From positions 1-64,000 of IMG/VR virus record IMGVR_UViG_3300020045_013318: a DNA stretch of 64,000 nucleotides, one strand, 5' to 3'. This stretch comes from a virus. This document shows positions 19,424 to 29,938 of the stretch, one piece after another. Below the pieces are notes generated by a model that had not been told where the DNA came from, did not search any database, and was given only the letters and a program-made list of their open reading frames with translations. Numbering within the stretch: the first letter of the stretch is position 1; each line of letters opens with the position of its first letter. The translations under genes and the position numbers were made by a program.

Positions 19424-20262
19424 GTTTTTTTTAGTAAAAGTTGATAAAGCTTGACCGCCTCCTGAAGAAGGTTGAGGAGTTTACCCTGTAATTCAGTTCG
19501 TGAGTCAAGTTGCTTTTTGACGACTTCAGGCAGTTGATTGTAGTGAACAATCCAACATTCAGTAGGCTTGTACTGAGTGTGAAGACGATATGCAGTACCT
19601 TTGTCTGCCCAATCAGTTCCCCACGTGTTTGCAATGCGGAAAGATCTGCCATCATAGTTTGAATCCGTAACTGCATGTCCACTTATGATTTCTTTAGGTG
19701 GACGCAGTGGTTCAATTGGAGCTCTCCACCACTCATTGCCAATTGCATATCGAGTTAGTACTCCAGCCTCACTTTCATTGATGGCTTGAGCCATAAGATC
19801 GCGATCGACAGGAACACTTGCGTAGGCAAGGATCTTGTTTTTGGCAGCAAGCACTTTAAGTTTCTCAATATCTTTATCTGAGACCGCTTGAAGTTTCTTG
19901 ATATATTTTGCGTAAGAGAGTTTGCGATCATTCTCGTCTGTGAATGTCCAGTCTTTTTCCTCAAGAAATCCAATGTTTTTTGCTACCCACAGAGCGTGAG
20001 AGAGTGAAGATCCTTCATCCCAATTGCCCTGCTTCTTTTTTTGCATCAGATATTGAAAGTCTGCAGAGAATTTCTTCCCAAGAGCCTTTCGTGCGTTCTG
20101 CGTTGTGGCAATTGCGGTACAGATACCAACTCTGTGCTGGTCCTCAATGTCTTCAGGCTGATAACGAACTCCTCCACTGACTGGGATCCCAGAAGAGACA
20201 TACGCAAAAGTACGAACATCGTATGGCGAAGACTCTGCTCCTGTTGAATATTCTTGTGGCAT
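19420..20262 (-). CDS. Papain-like (C1) cysteine peptidase, putative endolysin
   Basis: Q..VGICT, GHAV, ANTWGTDWADKG Cys-His-Asn triad. Confidence 0.8.
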   Translation of the reverse strand: MPQEYSTGAESSPYDVRTFAYVSSGIPVSGGVRYQPEDIEDQHRVGICTAIATTQNARKALGKKFSADFQYLMQKKKQGNWDEGSSLSHALWVAKNIGFLEEKDWTFTDENDRKLSYAKYIKKLQAVSDKDIEKLKVLAAKNKILAYASVPVDRDLMAQAINESEAGVLTRYAIGNEWWRAPIEPLRPPKEIISGHAVTDSNYDGRSFRIANTWGTDWADKGTAYRLHTQYKPTECWIVHYNQLPEVVKKQLDSRTELQGKLLNLLQEAVKLYQLLLKKT

Positions 20263-20263
20263 A

Positions 20264-23104
20264 TTAATCTGGATTACCTGTTAAGTTCAGCTTTTTTGTT
20301 GGAAGAAGAACAATTTCGGCCTCATTCATGTCTCCCCCCATATTCTCATATGCAATCTTCTTTAATTTGGACGGAAGTTTGTCCAACTCAACAAAGATCT
20401 CTTCAGGAGAAACTTCCCTCTCCAGAACTTTGAATTTCCCATACATATCCTTCCCGAAGCGATCAGCAACTTCCCTAGACGAAGTCCAGGAAGAGAACTG
20501 ATCTTTCATAGAAGAATCAATTTCTTTTTGAGATGCATCTGACGCTTTGTATACTTTTATTTTGCCCAGAGGCTTATGTTCTGGCTTATTGAGAAAATCA
20601 AAGACATCTTTGGGAGGATTGTGCTGCATTCCTCGATCTCCTTGCGTCCAGTAAGTTAGCCAAGTTTCTGCATTTTCTCTAGTAACTTTTTCCCTCTTTT
20701 GTTGTGAAATGCTGCCCATTGACTTCTTTTCAGGCTCCTGTACCCTATCATTAATGGTATTAGGCTTTTTAATAGGTCTTGCGATTTTCTGGCTCTTTTG
20801 GGTCCCCTTTCGCGATCGTTGATCTTTCAACGAAGCTGAGACTTTAGGTCCTTCAGATGCTTTGTTGTAGTCGATTGTTGGAAGATCACTCTTTGGAGCC
20901 TTCCCTGCCTTTCCAAAATCAATGACAGGAAGCTCGTCTGCAGGGATCAGAATTGGGTTTCCATTATCGATGATTTGGATATTGCCCTCACTGTCAATTC
21001 CTTCAATCTTGATCTTTCCTTTTGATTGATAGCCCTCCTCAAACGTCTTGATGTTTTCATTAGATCGCTCAGCTGCATCTCGTGTAGTTTGAGTCTTTTC
21101 TGGAAGTTTGATTGAGGATCCTGACTTGATTTCAGAACGATATGCCCCCTCCTTTGGAGCCGGGAGTGCCAATCGTGGAGCTTTGCTTTCTGCAACGGCT
21201 TTTTCGAGAATTGCAGATCGAGACGCTCCCTTGCCTGCTGCACCTCCAAGAGCACGACTGAGCATGATTCCTTGGATCCTTGAAGCCAATTCACCTCCAA
21301 CAATGGTTCCAATTGCTGAGCCAGCCATTCCTCCACTCATTCCTCCAGCAACTCCACCAGCAATATTTCCTGCGATCTGAGCAAAGTACTTGCCCATGCG
21401 GCCTCTGTTTACAATTTTGCCATCGAGACTCTCAAGGAAGTCCAAATCTTCGTAGTATTTTCCAAGCTCCTCATTGGCTTCTCGAATGTTGTATCGACTC
21501 TCTTTTTCAATGGTTCGCTTGAGTCCTTTGGCGACTGCCTTTCTGTAGGCAGATTTGACAGGAGGAGTATTCCAGTTGATTTGAGCAGTAGTTCCAATCT
21601 TTTGACGATGAAGTTCAGCAAGATCAATTCTTCCATCCTTGTTTGCTTTGAGTTTGTATCCCTCGATCTCTTTCTTGACATCATTGAGAGCTTTGAGGTG
21701 ATCTTTCCCAGCAAGTTTACTATCTTTGACCGCTTTGATCAGGTTTCGTTCTACGACCGCAAGCTCAATGGAACGAGCTTCTTTTTCAAGAAGATCCATA
21801 ACGACACTCTCTCCAGGCTCAACGTATTGAGCTTTGTACTGATCGTACGCTCCTCCAGGAGTTCTGGTTCGAATCAAGCCATTTTCGTCGACGGCTCCCA
21901 CAAGAACATCTGTGTCAGCAATACGTTTACGACTGGAAGCACCTCCATCTTTAGAGTAGAGAGCATTCTTTCGCATGCCTGCATACTTTTGTTCAATTTC
22001 AAAGAGGGCTTTCTCACGACCGGCAATAACTTCCTCGGGAGTTTTGGTGAAGGGCTTTTTGATAACGTCTCCAGTTGCTTTGAATGGTGCATTGGCAACA
22101 TTTTCAGCTGTCTGAACTCCTTTATTGATCACTCCTCCAACACTTTCAGGAAGAATGGCATGCTGAGCCATGAATTTTTCAACTGCTTGGGATCCTCGAG
22201 AAGCAACATCTTTCAAGATTGCGGGCGTAATGACACCAATTGTCTTTCCAGCACCGTTGAGAAGTGGTTTCCCAACAAGATCAAGGAGTTTTCCTCCAGC
22301 AAGACCAAGGCCAGCATTGATTGCAGTTTCGGTACTGAGGAGATCATTACCTTGCTCAAGCGACATTCCCGTTCCAAAGGCAGCTCCCCCAGACACAGGA
22401 CCAAGTCCAAAGGCTGCCGTCTGCATTCCTCGTCCGACATCCTTTTTTACATCAGAGAAATTCTCTGGAACGGGAGCGACCCAATCTCCAAAGTTTCCTT
22501 TTGTGTATTTGTTGACTGTTTCTGCCGAAGCTCCAAGAAGTTCTGCTCCCGCTTGGAATGGACGAGCCAGCATTGTTGCTACAGGAGAAACAACTGCTTT
22601 GGCCATTCCTTTCCAAAAACCATCTCCCTCAGGTTGTGGTTGAGGAGCTGCTGTACTGGAAGGATTGTTAGGATCTGCAAATGCTTGACCTCCTTGCTTG
22701 ACGGTCTGATAGGCGTCAGTCACCGATTTGACATACTTAGGAACGTCATATTGGACTCCAGCGCCATTTACTCCTCGTTTGTTTTCCCATCCAACTTCTG
22801 ATCCAGAGTTCCACTTTGCGGCAATTTGAGCTGGATTAAGACCTTGATCTTTCCACGATTTGAGAACGGTGTAGGCAACCGCATTTTGATTTGAGGGAGA
22901 CATCTCTGCATTTTCGTTCCCAAGAGCTTGTTTGGCGTGAGCTTTCCAAGTGTCAGGCATCCATTGGTATGCCCCTGATTCACCTGATCCACCTTTCGCA
23001 TTAAAGTTGCCTCCAGATTCAGTCTGCCGGATCGCTTTTGCGAGATTTATGACATCATTATCCATCGATGGTGCTGATGGTTGTGTGGCTGGCTGTGGTG
23101 GCAT
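20264..23104 (-). CDS. Large internal virion/ejection protein: N-terminal transglycosylase, C-terminal ART-like domain
   Basis: QTESGGN...GAYQWMPDTW; C-terminal KVYKA...SSWTSS...NEAEIVL. Confidence 0.75.
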   Translation of the reverse strand: MPPQPATQPSAPSMDNDVINLAKAIRQTESGGNFNAKGGSGESGAYQWMPDTWKAHAKQALGNENAEMSPSNQNAVAYTVLKSWKDQGLNPAQIAAKWNSGSEVGWENKRGVNGAGVQYDVPKYVKSVTDAYQTVKQGGQAFADPNNPSSTAAPQPQPEGDGFWKGMAKAVVSPVATMLARPFQAGAELLGASAETVNKYTKGNFGDWVAPVPENFSDVKKDVGRGMQTAAFGLGPVSGGAAFGTGMSLEQGNDLLSTETAINAGLGLAGGKLLDLVGKPLLNGAGKTIGVITPAILKDVASRGSQAVEKFMAQHAILPESVGGVINKGVQTAENVANAPFKATGDVIKKPFTKTPEEVIAGREKALFEIEQKYAGMRKNALYSKDGGASSRKRIADTDVLVGAVDENGLIRTRTPGGAYDQYKAQYVEPGESVVMDLLEKEARSIELAVVERNLIKAVKDSKLAGKDHLKALNDVKKEIEGYKLKANKDGRIDLAELHRQKIGTTAQINWNTPPVKSAYRKAVAKGLKRTIEKESRYNIREANEELGKYYEDLDFLESLDGKIVNRGRMGKYFAQIAGNIAGGVAGGMSGGMAGSAIGTIVGGELASRIQGIMLSRALGGAAGKGASRSAILEKAVAESKAPRLALPAPKEGAYRSEIKSGSSIKLPEKTQTTRDAAERSNENIKTFEEGYQSKGKIKIEGIDSEGNIQIIDNGNPILIPADELPVIDFGKAGKAPKSDLPTIDYNKASEGPKVSASLKDQRSRKGTQKSQKIARPIKKPNTINDRVQEPEKKSMGSISQQKREKVTRENAETWLTYWTQGDRGMQHNPPKDVFDFLNKPEHKPLGKIKVYKASDASQKEIDSSMKDQFSSWTSSREVADRFGKDMYGKFKVLEREVSPEEIFVELDKLPSKLKKIAYENMGGDMNEAEIVLLPTKKLNLTGNPD

Positions 23105-23110
23105 AATAGT

Positions 23111-24550
23111 TTACCAATTAGTATTAACAGGACCTGCAGACGTTTGAATGACGTCTCCTCCTTGAGTCTGACCTCCTTGCCCTTGAAGTGCTGTGAGGTC
23201 GTCTCGAAGTTGAGTTAACACCTTACGTGCTTCGGCATTGCCAAGATTCCTTCCAAGAGCTGATGCAGCATTGGCAAGAAGTTTTTGCTCTGCGTCTGAA
23301 ATCGCTCCTGTTCCTTTGAGGTATTTGATATTATCAAGAGAAAGGAGTCCTTTAAGTTGCTCATATTTATTCTTTGCAGTAGCAGCCTCCCCAAAGATTC
23401 CTCCAACAAACTGATCTGCTGGACCAAAGATTCGATCAAGTTTTGGATTGGCAAGAAGTTCTCCAATAACGTCAACTGCTTGCTTGCTGATTTCTGATTG
23501 TGGTTTTGGTGTTCCTGACAAACCCTGCATCACCATATCTTTATATTCATCTGGAATATCAGAAATCTTAGCAGTTCCATCCTGAACAGCCTTGATGTAT
23601 GAATCAATTGTGGTGTTTGATCCAGGTGTGTATGTTCCTGTTGCAGCTCCCTCTCCTTGACCTCCTCCAATTCCTACCGATTCATATGATCCAGTTTCAG
23701 GATTGTATTCGTAACGAGTTTGATCTTTCCCGAGACTGAATCCTTCTCTTTTGCTTGATTCGTCCATTATTTGATACACTCCTGCAGTTCGAGCGGCAGC
23801 ACTTTCTTGGAGGGCAAGATCAGCAAGTTCTTGGTTACTCATTCGTCGTGACAAAGCTGCTCCTTGTTGAGCTGCTGCAACGGTGCCTCCTGATTTATCT
23901 AAAGCTTTTTCATATTCTCGACGAGCTTCAGTTTGTCTCTTTTCTGTCTCAGTTTGAATGTCAGCAAGTTTTTGAAGAGACGCCTCATAATTCTTTTGAG
24001 CATTTGCTTTCTCTGATGGGTTTTCTTTGTCTCGAATATACTGGAGATACGCCTTGTATTCTGCGCTATTTTTGTAGTCTCCTCCTGAGTTTCCAGTTGC
24101 TGCTCCTGGAGTTGTCACTCCTGGAGTTCCTGTCAATCCATTAATGTATGCCTGGCCTGCAGGTGAGGTGATTTGAGTTCCTGTTACTCCAGTTGCTGAG
24201 GTGTCTGATGGAGTTGTTTTTGGTTTTGTTGTTATGGTGGTTTTGCCACTCGCATCAGTTCCGAGAGTTAAATTCTTTCCATAATCAAGCCACGCTTGAG
24301 AAGGCTTTGTCAAACTGAATGGATTATTTGGTCCTATGGTTAGCTTTGATGAGTTAGTCATTGGAGTTCCAGTTGGTTGCATTCCAATCATTCCAGTTGT
24401 ATTGACAGGCTTCTTTGGACCCCAAGATCCACCTCCACCTCCTCCGGCGCCAGCCCCCGCTTTGTATGTCGGAGCACCCAAATACGAACTTGAAGCACTC
24501 AGGTTGGGAGAGGTCAGAAGATTATTTTTGTATTTCGTTTTTGGGTTCAT
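23111..24550 (-). CDS. Internal virion / DNA-ejection protein
   Basis: Low complexity plus coiled coil; LKGTGAISDAE motif; position. Confidence 0.6.
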   Translation of the reverse strand: MNPKTKYKNNLLTSPNLSASSSYLGAPTYKAGAGAGGGGGGSWGPKKPVNTTGMIGMQPTGTPMTNSSKLTIGPNNPFSLTKPSQAWLDYGKNLTLGTDASGKTTITTKPKTTPSDTSATGVTGTQITSPAGQAYINGLTGTPGVTTPGAATGNSGGDYKNSAEYKAYLQYIRDKENPSEKANAQKNYEASLQKLADIQTETEKRQTEARREYEKALDKSGGTVAAAQQGAALSRRMSNQELADLALQESAAARTAGVYQIMDESSKREGFSLGKDQTRYEYNPETGSYESVGIGGGQGEGAATGTYTPGSNTTIDSYIKAVQDGTAKISDIPDEYKDMVMQGLSGTPKPQSEISKQAVDVIGELLANPKLDRIFGPADQFVGGIFGEAATAKNKYEQLKGLLSLDNIKYLKGTGAISDAEQKLLANAASALGRNLGNAEARKVLTQLRDDLTALQGQGGQTQGGDVIQTSAGPVNTNW

Positions 24551-24555
24551 GGTAA

Positions 24556-25545
24556 TTATGTTAATCCGCTAGCGTTCTGGTACGGTTGATAATATGGAGC
24601 TTGAGGCATGTTTGATGTGCTCGCAAATGGTGGAATGTACGATCCTTCCTCAGTCTCACCCTCCGTTGCAAGCATCTGAGAGATCAATCCACCATACTCC
24701 TTGTTGTAACCCGCTTCATTTCCTCCATCGTAGAGCATCCAGTAAGTTTTTGCTCGCTGGAGATCGTTCTGATTCTGCCAATAAAGAGCAGTTGTTCGGT
24801 AGTCGATTGCTGGCTGGTACGCCTCTGGAATCACAGGAACTTGACCAATTGTATATGCGGCAGTTCCAGCAGCAATTGATGTGCCTCCATATGGTTTAAG
24901 GAGTCCAATTGAGGTTGCTGAGGTGTAGGATCCAATCTCGTACCAGAAGCCATCTCCTCCATTTGCGGCTGTTGTTTGAGTAAACTGAATGTAGCGTCCA
25001 ACCATATCTGCCGTCCACGTTGTTCCTGATCCAACGACTGCAGTTGCTCCATTGGCGATTGAAGTAATTGTGCCAGCTGTATAGTCGGCAATTCCAAGAT
25101 TTCGAACATTCAAACGTCCTCGAAGAGTGATCTGATTTCCCGTAGTTGCGGGGACTGGCTGAATGTAGTATTTGGTATTCTCGACATAAACAAAGTATGG
25201 AACATCTTGTTCTCCAAGTTTGTATTGCTTGACGAGCTTCCATCGAGTTGGATCAAAGATCATTTCTGGAGAATAGATTGTGTCGGTTGAAGCTCCTGAG
25301 CCACTATAGATGTACATGTCAATCAGCTTTCGAAACTTGTTTGGAATTTCATAGCCCTCCTGACTCGCAACGGTAGTCATGTTGGAAGTTGCTTCAAGAA
25401 AGCGAAGTTTGCCTCCTTGGAGAGAGCAGATTGTTCGGATTGAATCATTCATTCGCGAATCAAGAGTCGTCATTGCTGTCGTGTCAGATGTCGAGATGTT
25501 ACAATTCGTTGCAATTCCATTCCGTAGTGATGTGTATGTTTTCAT
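24556..25545 (-). CDS. Tail adaptor / tubular-like virion protein
   Basis: Position; TAVVGSGTTWT insert. Confidence 0.5.
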   Translation of the reverse strand: MKTYTSLRNGIATNCNISTSDTTAMTTLDSRMNDSIRTICSLQGGKLRFLEATSNMTTVASQEGYEIPNKFRKLIDMYIYSGSGASTDTIYSPEMIFDPTRWKLVKQYKLGEQDVPYFVYVENTKYYIQPVPATTGNQITLRGRLNVRNLGIADYTAGTITSIANGATAVVGSGTTWTADMVGRYIQFTQTTAANGGDGFWYEIGSYTSATSIGLLKPYGGTSIAAGTAAYTIGQVPVIPEAYQPAIDYRTTALYWQNQNDLQRAKTYWMLYDGGNEAGYNKEYGGLISQMLATEGETEEGSYIPPFASTSNMPQAPYYQPYQNASGLT

Positions 25546-25547
25546 AA

Positions 25548-27377
25548 TTAAGAGGTTATTTTGATGTCTTCATTGCTGACCAAGACCAACTTCTGAAGCT
25601 CTTCATTGGTTCCCGTAAAGGTCATGCAACACTTGATTTGAATTGCAGGGGCACTCGCTCCGATTCCCATCTGTGAGTACATATTGATTTGATCTTGAGG
25701 AACTGCGTTATTTAATTTGATCCACTTCTGGAATCGAGCCTTCCCTGTCGTTGTTGTGGCTCCAGTTGCCGTCTCGTCAATCGTTACAGTGTATGGTCCT
25801 GATCCCGTGATGTTTGTGATGTGAGCGCAAAGTCCAGATCCGACTCCCTGTATAAATTCTACCTCACCTCCGGTCGTTCCGTTAAATCCTGCTGCAGTAG
25901 GACCATATGCAGAAACATCAGTTGAGGTCGTAAATGAGGTCGTATTAACCCATGTAATGTCTGCTAGAGTAGCATCTTCTTCGGTCACTCGATATTTACA
26001 AGTAATTGAATCAGTCGAAGAGAGAAATCGCTTGTAGACAGACCAGAGTCGCTCCCATTTGCTTTGAATTTCAGGAGTATCAATCCATGTTGTGACAAAA
26101 TAACCCTTCTTTTGAACAAAGTTTCGATAATCGTTGTACCAAATTCCAAACTGAGCCGTTCCATTAGGATCGTTGTCGACGGCATACTCAGCTCCCGCAA
26201 GGAGTGTTCCATTTCGAGAAGAAGCATCATTAGGGAAATCAGCAAGAGCAAGAGCTCCAGTCTGCCAAACACGATTTTGACCCCAATCAGTCACCGTTGT
26301 CGTTCCAATTGGTGTGTACGTTAGAGCGTGCTTGTGGACAAAACCAAATTCTGGAGACCATTCCCAGATCCCCGATGGAAGATTTTCTGGATAAGTACTT
26401 CCTGAATCTTCGTAAATATTCCCAACCAAACATTCGATAGTTCCACTCTTTGTAACGACCATGCCATTATGTTGAATGAATTGATCGTTCCCAAGACTGT
26501 CTGCGTTTTTGGGAAAATCATTTGCTCCACTGCCATTAAAGAATGGAAGTCTTCCAACTTCCTCAAATGAGGAGCCTGTAAACTTACTCAAAACTCCATT
26601 TGAATCCATAACGTAAGGAACATCATCAAGAACACACATTGCGAGTGCCGCATGAGCTTTGAGGAGGTAGCGCTCATTTGCTTGAGCAGCAATTCCATCC
26701 CAACGAAAGATTGTTGCTCGATATGTTTCTGATTTATTGTTGGAAGTTCCAAGCCAAAGAGAGTCGGTTGTCTCTACCATGCACTGAATTGCATTGTCGG
26801 TTGCTTGAGTCAGACTGATTGAGTATTGACCTGCAGTGGAGTAGTAGGTTCCAGCATCGTCGACAGAATCGACATTGTCTGAATTTTGAACAATATAAAG
26901 GTGATCTGTTCGTCTGAAGTAGCACGTAATTCCTGCATTCGGACTTGCTGTGATCACAGACCACGCTCCTGTTGCAGATGATTTTGCATACCAACCATCA
27001 TCATTTGAGGCCCAAAGCTTTTCATCAAAGACAGCAAGATCAGAGACTTGATCGTCGTATGTTGTTACGGCTCCAGTTGAAGTGTCTGCCTCAAATGCAT
27101 CACTTGGATATCCTGAGTTTGCTCGAAAGATTCTTCCTCCCGCAATGGTCCAGATGTAGCCATCAAATTCATAAAATGCAATTGGAACAGACGTCATTGT
27201 CGCAAGGGTTGTTGTTGAGGTATTCAAAATCATGCGACCTCCAAGACGCATCACTCCTCGATTGGTCATCAAGTCAAGATTCATTGACGCCCAAATGTTT
27301 CCACTCTTTTCAGAGTCACCAATATTGCCCTGATACCAGGTGTATGATTTGTTTGGATCTGGGTATTGGTAAATCAT
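25548..27377 (-). CDS. Tail tubular/nozzle-like beta-rich virion protein
   Basis: 609 aa, beta-propeller-like pattern, podovirus position. Confidence 0.55.
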   Translation of the reverse strand: MIYQYPDPNKSYTWYQGNIGDSEKSGNIWASMNLDLMTNRGVMRLGGRMILNTSTTTLATMTSVPIAFYEFDGYIWTIAGGRIFRANSGYPSDAFEADTSTGAVTTYDDQVSDLAVFDEKLWASNDDGWYAKSSATGAWSVITASPNAGITCYFRRTDHLYIVQNSDNVDSVDDAGTYYSTAGQYSISLTQATDNAIQCMVETTDSLWLGTSNNKSETYRATIFRWDGIAAQANERYLLKAHAALAMCVLDDVPYVMDSNGVLSKFTGSSFEEVGRLPFFNGSGANDFPKNADSLGNDQFIQHNGMVVTKSGTIECLVGNIYEDSGSTYPENLPSGIWEWSPEFGFVHKHALTYTPIGTTTVTDWGQNRVWQTGALALADFPNDASSRNGTLLAGAEYAVDNDPNGTAQFGIWYNDYRNFVQKKGYFVTTWIDTPEIQSKWERLWSVYKRFLSSTDSITCKYRVTEEDATLADITWVNTTSFTTSTDVSAYGPTAAGFNGTTGGEVEFIQGVGSGLCAHITNITGSGPYTVTIDETATGATTTTGKARFQKWIKLNNAVPQDQINMYSQMGIGASAPAIQIKCCMTFTGTNEELQKLVLVSNEDIKITS

Positions 27378-27379
27378 AT

Positions 27380-27700
27380 TTAGACGGCAGTTAAGTCAAT
27401 GCTTCCTGTAAATACTCCAGACGTTGTGGTGCAGCGGAAGTTTTGAGTAGTCAAATCGTTATAGAATCGCATCTGTCCCTCAACAGTTGGATTGGTCAGT
27501 TGAGGATAAAAGAAGACATCCTTAACACTAATCCCCGTGAAGGTGAAGTTTCGAAATGCATTATCGAGAGCGTACATAGTTGCTTTATCGAGAGGATATT
27601 TGAGTTGATTCTTCTCTTTCTCCTCCTTCCACTTCATGAGAGCTGCGACATCTCGCTCAAGTTGGGCAATTCTTTTTTGTAAATCTTGATTGTTTGGCAT
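27380..27700 (-). CDS. Hypothetical virion protein
   Basis: In operon. Confidence 0.6.
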   Translation of the reverse strand: MPNNQDLQKRIAQLERDVAALMKWKEEKEKNQLKYPLDKATMYALDNAFRNFTFTGISVKDVFFYPQLTNPTVEGQMRFYNDLTTQNFRCTTTSGVFTGSIDLTAV

Positions 27701-27701
27701 A

Positions 27702-28052
27702 TTAATAATTCAACTGACGGATCGCAATTTTAATTTCCTGAAGAACTGCCTCAATTCCTGAAAGTTTTGTTCGTATTTCTCCATTGGTAATCTCTAGAGC
27801 GTTAACTCGCTTTTCAACTGCCTCTGCTTGAATTGCCGCCTTATTTGCTGTTTCGGTTATATTTTGGATGTTGGTTTGAATTGTCCCAACCCACACTCCG
27901 ACAGAAAGGAGTGCCCCAAAGAATCCAATTAGAATCCAGAATGATTTATTCTTGAATTCCTTCCACTCTTTTTGCATTTCCTCAGCATCTTTGCGACGCT
28001 CTGGAAAAGTTGCAAGATGGTTTTCTATTTCTTTTTGAAGTATATCTGGCAT
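27702..28052 (-). CDS. Single-TM coiled-coil protein
   Basis: FWILIGFFGALLSVGVWVG plus heptads. Confidence 0.65.
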   Translation of the reverse strand: MPDILQKEIENHLATFPERRKDAEEMQKEWKEFKNKSFWILIGFFGALLSVGVWVGTIQTNIQNITETANKAAIQAEAVEKRVNALEITNGEIRTKLSGIEAVLQEIKIAIRQLNY

Positions 28053-28053
28053 A

Positions 28054-28875
28054 TTACATTAAACCAAAGAAGTTAGAGTTGACAGCTCCTGCGGCGGCAG
28101 TAAGAGTGAGAGTTCCACTCGAGGTAAATTTCACCCACGTTTCAGAGCCTGTTGTTCCTGTACTATTTCCTCCAGTATGAGTAAATTCAGATGTGGCGTA
28201 GGCAACAATTACAACACCATCGCCCCCATCATTGTTTGGATTCTGATATGCTCCACCGCCACCACCGCCAAGTCCATCAGTTCCAGATGTACCATGTGGT
28301 CCTCCATTTGTTCCTCCATTACCTCCACCGCCGGATCCTCCTGTTCCAAGAGTTCCTCCTGCATATGTGGCACCTCCACCACCACCAGCATATGTAACTG
28401 ATGACCCTGTAATGGAATTAGCTGTACCAGCACCACCATTTCCTGACGATGTTGTAGTTCCTGCCGCTCCAGCACTTGTTGCTCCGCCTCCGCCTCCTCC
28501 ACCGTAGTTTGGAGCCGCTCCACTTGAACCACCTCCGTTTGCTCCCTGATTACCTGTGCCTCCTGCACCTCCACGACCACCTCCACCTCCACAGCCTCCG
28601 TTGCTTCCTGCCGTAGACACATTTGAGCGAGCACCACCACCGCCACCATTCCCCGTTATGGGAGTCCCACTTGCATCAAAAACAGAGTTGCCTCCATTGG
28701 CACCATTAACGTCAGTTACTGCGCCAACTCCTCCAGCTCCAACAGTGATGGTATATGAAGTTGCAGTAACTGTTCTGGTTGCATTATATTGGTAGCCACC
28801 TCCACCTCCACCACCACCATGCCCAGAACCTGGTCCTCCTCCTCCACCTATTACTAATACCTTTGCTGTTGCCAT
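28054..28875 (-). CDS. Glycine-rich tail-associated protein
   Basis: LVIGGGG...ITVGAGG...YAGGGGG...FTSSGT. Confidence 0.8.
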   Translation of the reverse strand: MATAKVLVIGGGGGPGSGHGGGGGGGGYQYNATRTVTATSYTITVGAGGVGAVTDVNGANGGNSVFDASGTPITGNGGGGGARSNVSTAGSNGGCGGGGGRGGAGGTGNQGANGGGSSGAAPNYGGGGGGGATSAGAAGTTTSSGNGGAGTANSITGSSVTYAGGGGGATYAGGTLGTGGSGGGGNGGTNGGPHGTSGTDGLGGGGGGAYQNPNNDGGDGVVIVAYATSEFTHTGGNSTGTTGSETWVKFTSSGTLTLTAAAGAVNSNFFGLM

Positions 28876-28876
28876 G

Positions 28877-29605
28877 TTACATTATTGAAGACTTAATTGT
28901 GTGCATATCTTTAAGACCCCAGACACTATCTGATTCCTTATTTTTATTCTCAATTTTCTTGAAATTATGTTTGTATCGTGGCATTTCAAGAAAATCATAA
29001 ATGTCATTCAATGTTGCCTCTGGGTTTGTCGTCAAATCTTTATATGAAACATAATGGAAAAACGATTGATCTGGATACGTGCGTACTGTTTCATATGCCA
29101 CGAGAGGCATCTCTAGTACACCACCTTTTTGCAAGATGGCATTTCGTCGCATTTCTTTAAGAGTTAGATGTCTGTATGCCTTACTCCCATTATCAATGTC
29201 AAATTGGAAGACTCCATTTGTCTCACTCCGCTCCATCATTCCTATGAATGAATTGACTATCTCTTCAACAGGTCTATACATCACGATAAACTTGGGCTTT
29301 TTAGTGATATACTTTTTTATTGCTTCAATATTTCCGTCGAGCGTCCACGTAAAGCACTTGTCGATTACCACATCTCTTTTTACATCTGCGTAGTAAAGTT
29401 CTGGTAGTTTACTTATGATGGGTTGTAAATCTCTTCCTGTTGCCATCATGTGACGATTGTCTTGCAACTCATTTAGATTTGCCCAAATCTGACCACATAA
29501 AGCAGAAGCTCCTTCAGTATGTATTTTAGGATTTTGATACAAAATTGAAGTAAGAAGAGTACTTCCCGTTCGAGGTAATCCAGCTAAAAAGTAGAGATTT
29601 TTCAT
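28877..29605 (-). CDS. Sulfotransferase family protein
   Basis: 5'-PSB GLPRTGSTLL, IDK, 3'-PB R...IVNS, YKDLTTNP. Confidence 0.9.
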   Translation of the reverse strand: MKNLYFLAGLPRTGSTLLTSILYQNPKIHTEGASALCGQIWANLNELQDNRHMMATGRDLQPIISKLPELYYADVKRDVVIDKCFTWTLDGNIEAIKKYITKKPKFIVMYRPVEEIVNSFIGMMERSETNGVFQFDIDNGSKAYRHLTLKEMRRNAILQKGGVLEMPLVAYETVRTYPDQSFFHYVSYKDLTTNPEATLNDIYDFLEMPRYKHNFKKIENKNKESDSVWGLKDMHTIKSSIM

Positions 29606-29934
29606 ACAATTTTTGACTTATCAACTGGCTCCCACTTCTGTTTCTCTTCATTCCACTCAGACGCTTCCTCTCCAACTTTTTTCTTAATTGAAGCTTCCCA
29701 TTCATCGTCTGAATTCAATACCCAAGAGCTATATGGTTTTGGGCTTATGAATTTTTTCTTTGTACCATTATAGGTATATCCAATGCCTGCTTGTCTCCCC
29801 AATCCTTTGGTGTATTTCTTATCACACTCTACCCACTCGCTAGGGTCACCCCAAGAGCCCATATTGAGCATTTCCTGCTCAATAACAATTACTTGGTCAA
29901 CTATTCCATTTGTGATGTGTGCAAAATAAGCCAT
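29602..29934 (-). CDS. Tail-fiber-associated small protein
   Basis: MAYFAHI...AGIGYTY...FISPKPYSSW. Confidence 0.7.
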   Translation of the reverse strand: MAYFAHITNGIVDQVIVIEQEMLNMGSWGDPSEWVECDKKYTKGLGRQAGIGYTYNGTKKKFISPKPYSSWVLNSDDEWEASIKKKVGEEASEWNEEKQKWEPVDKSKIV

Positions 29935-29938
29935 ATTA

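Noticed and set aside
21581-22801. 406-aa + strand ORF
   Set aside because: Antisense shadow of the 946-aa virion gene; Ser/Phe-rich with no motifs.
28054-28875. Poly-Gly CCACCA/CCTCCA runs as a DNA repeat element
   Set aside because: Explained by a glycine-rich tail protein with varied codons.
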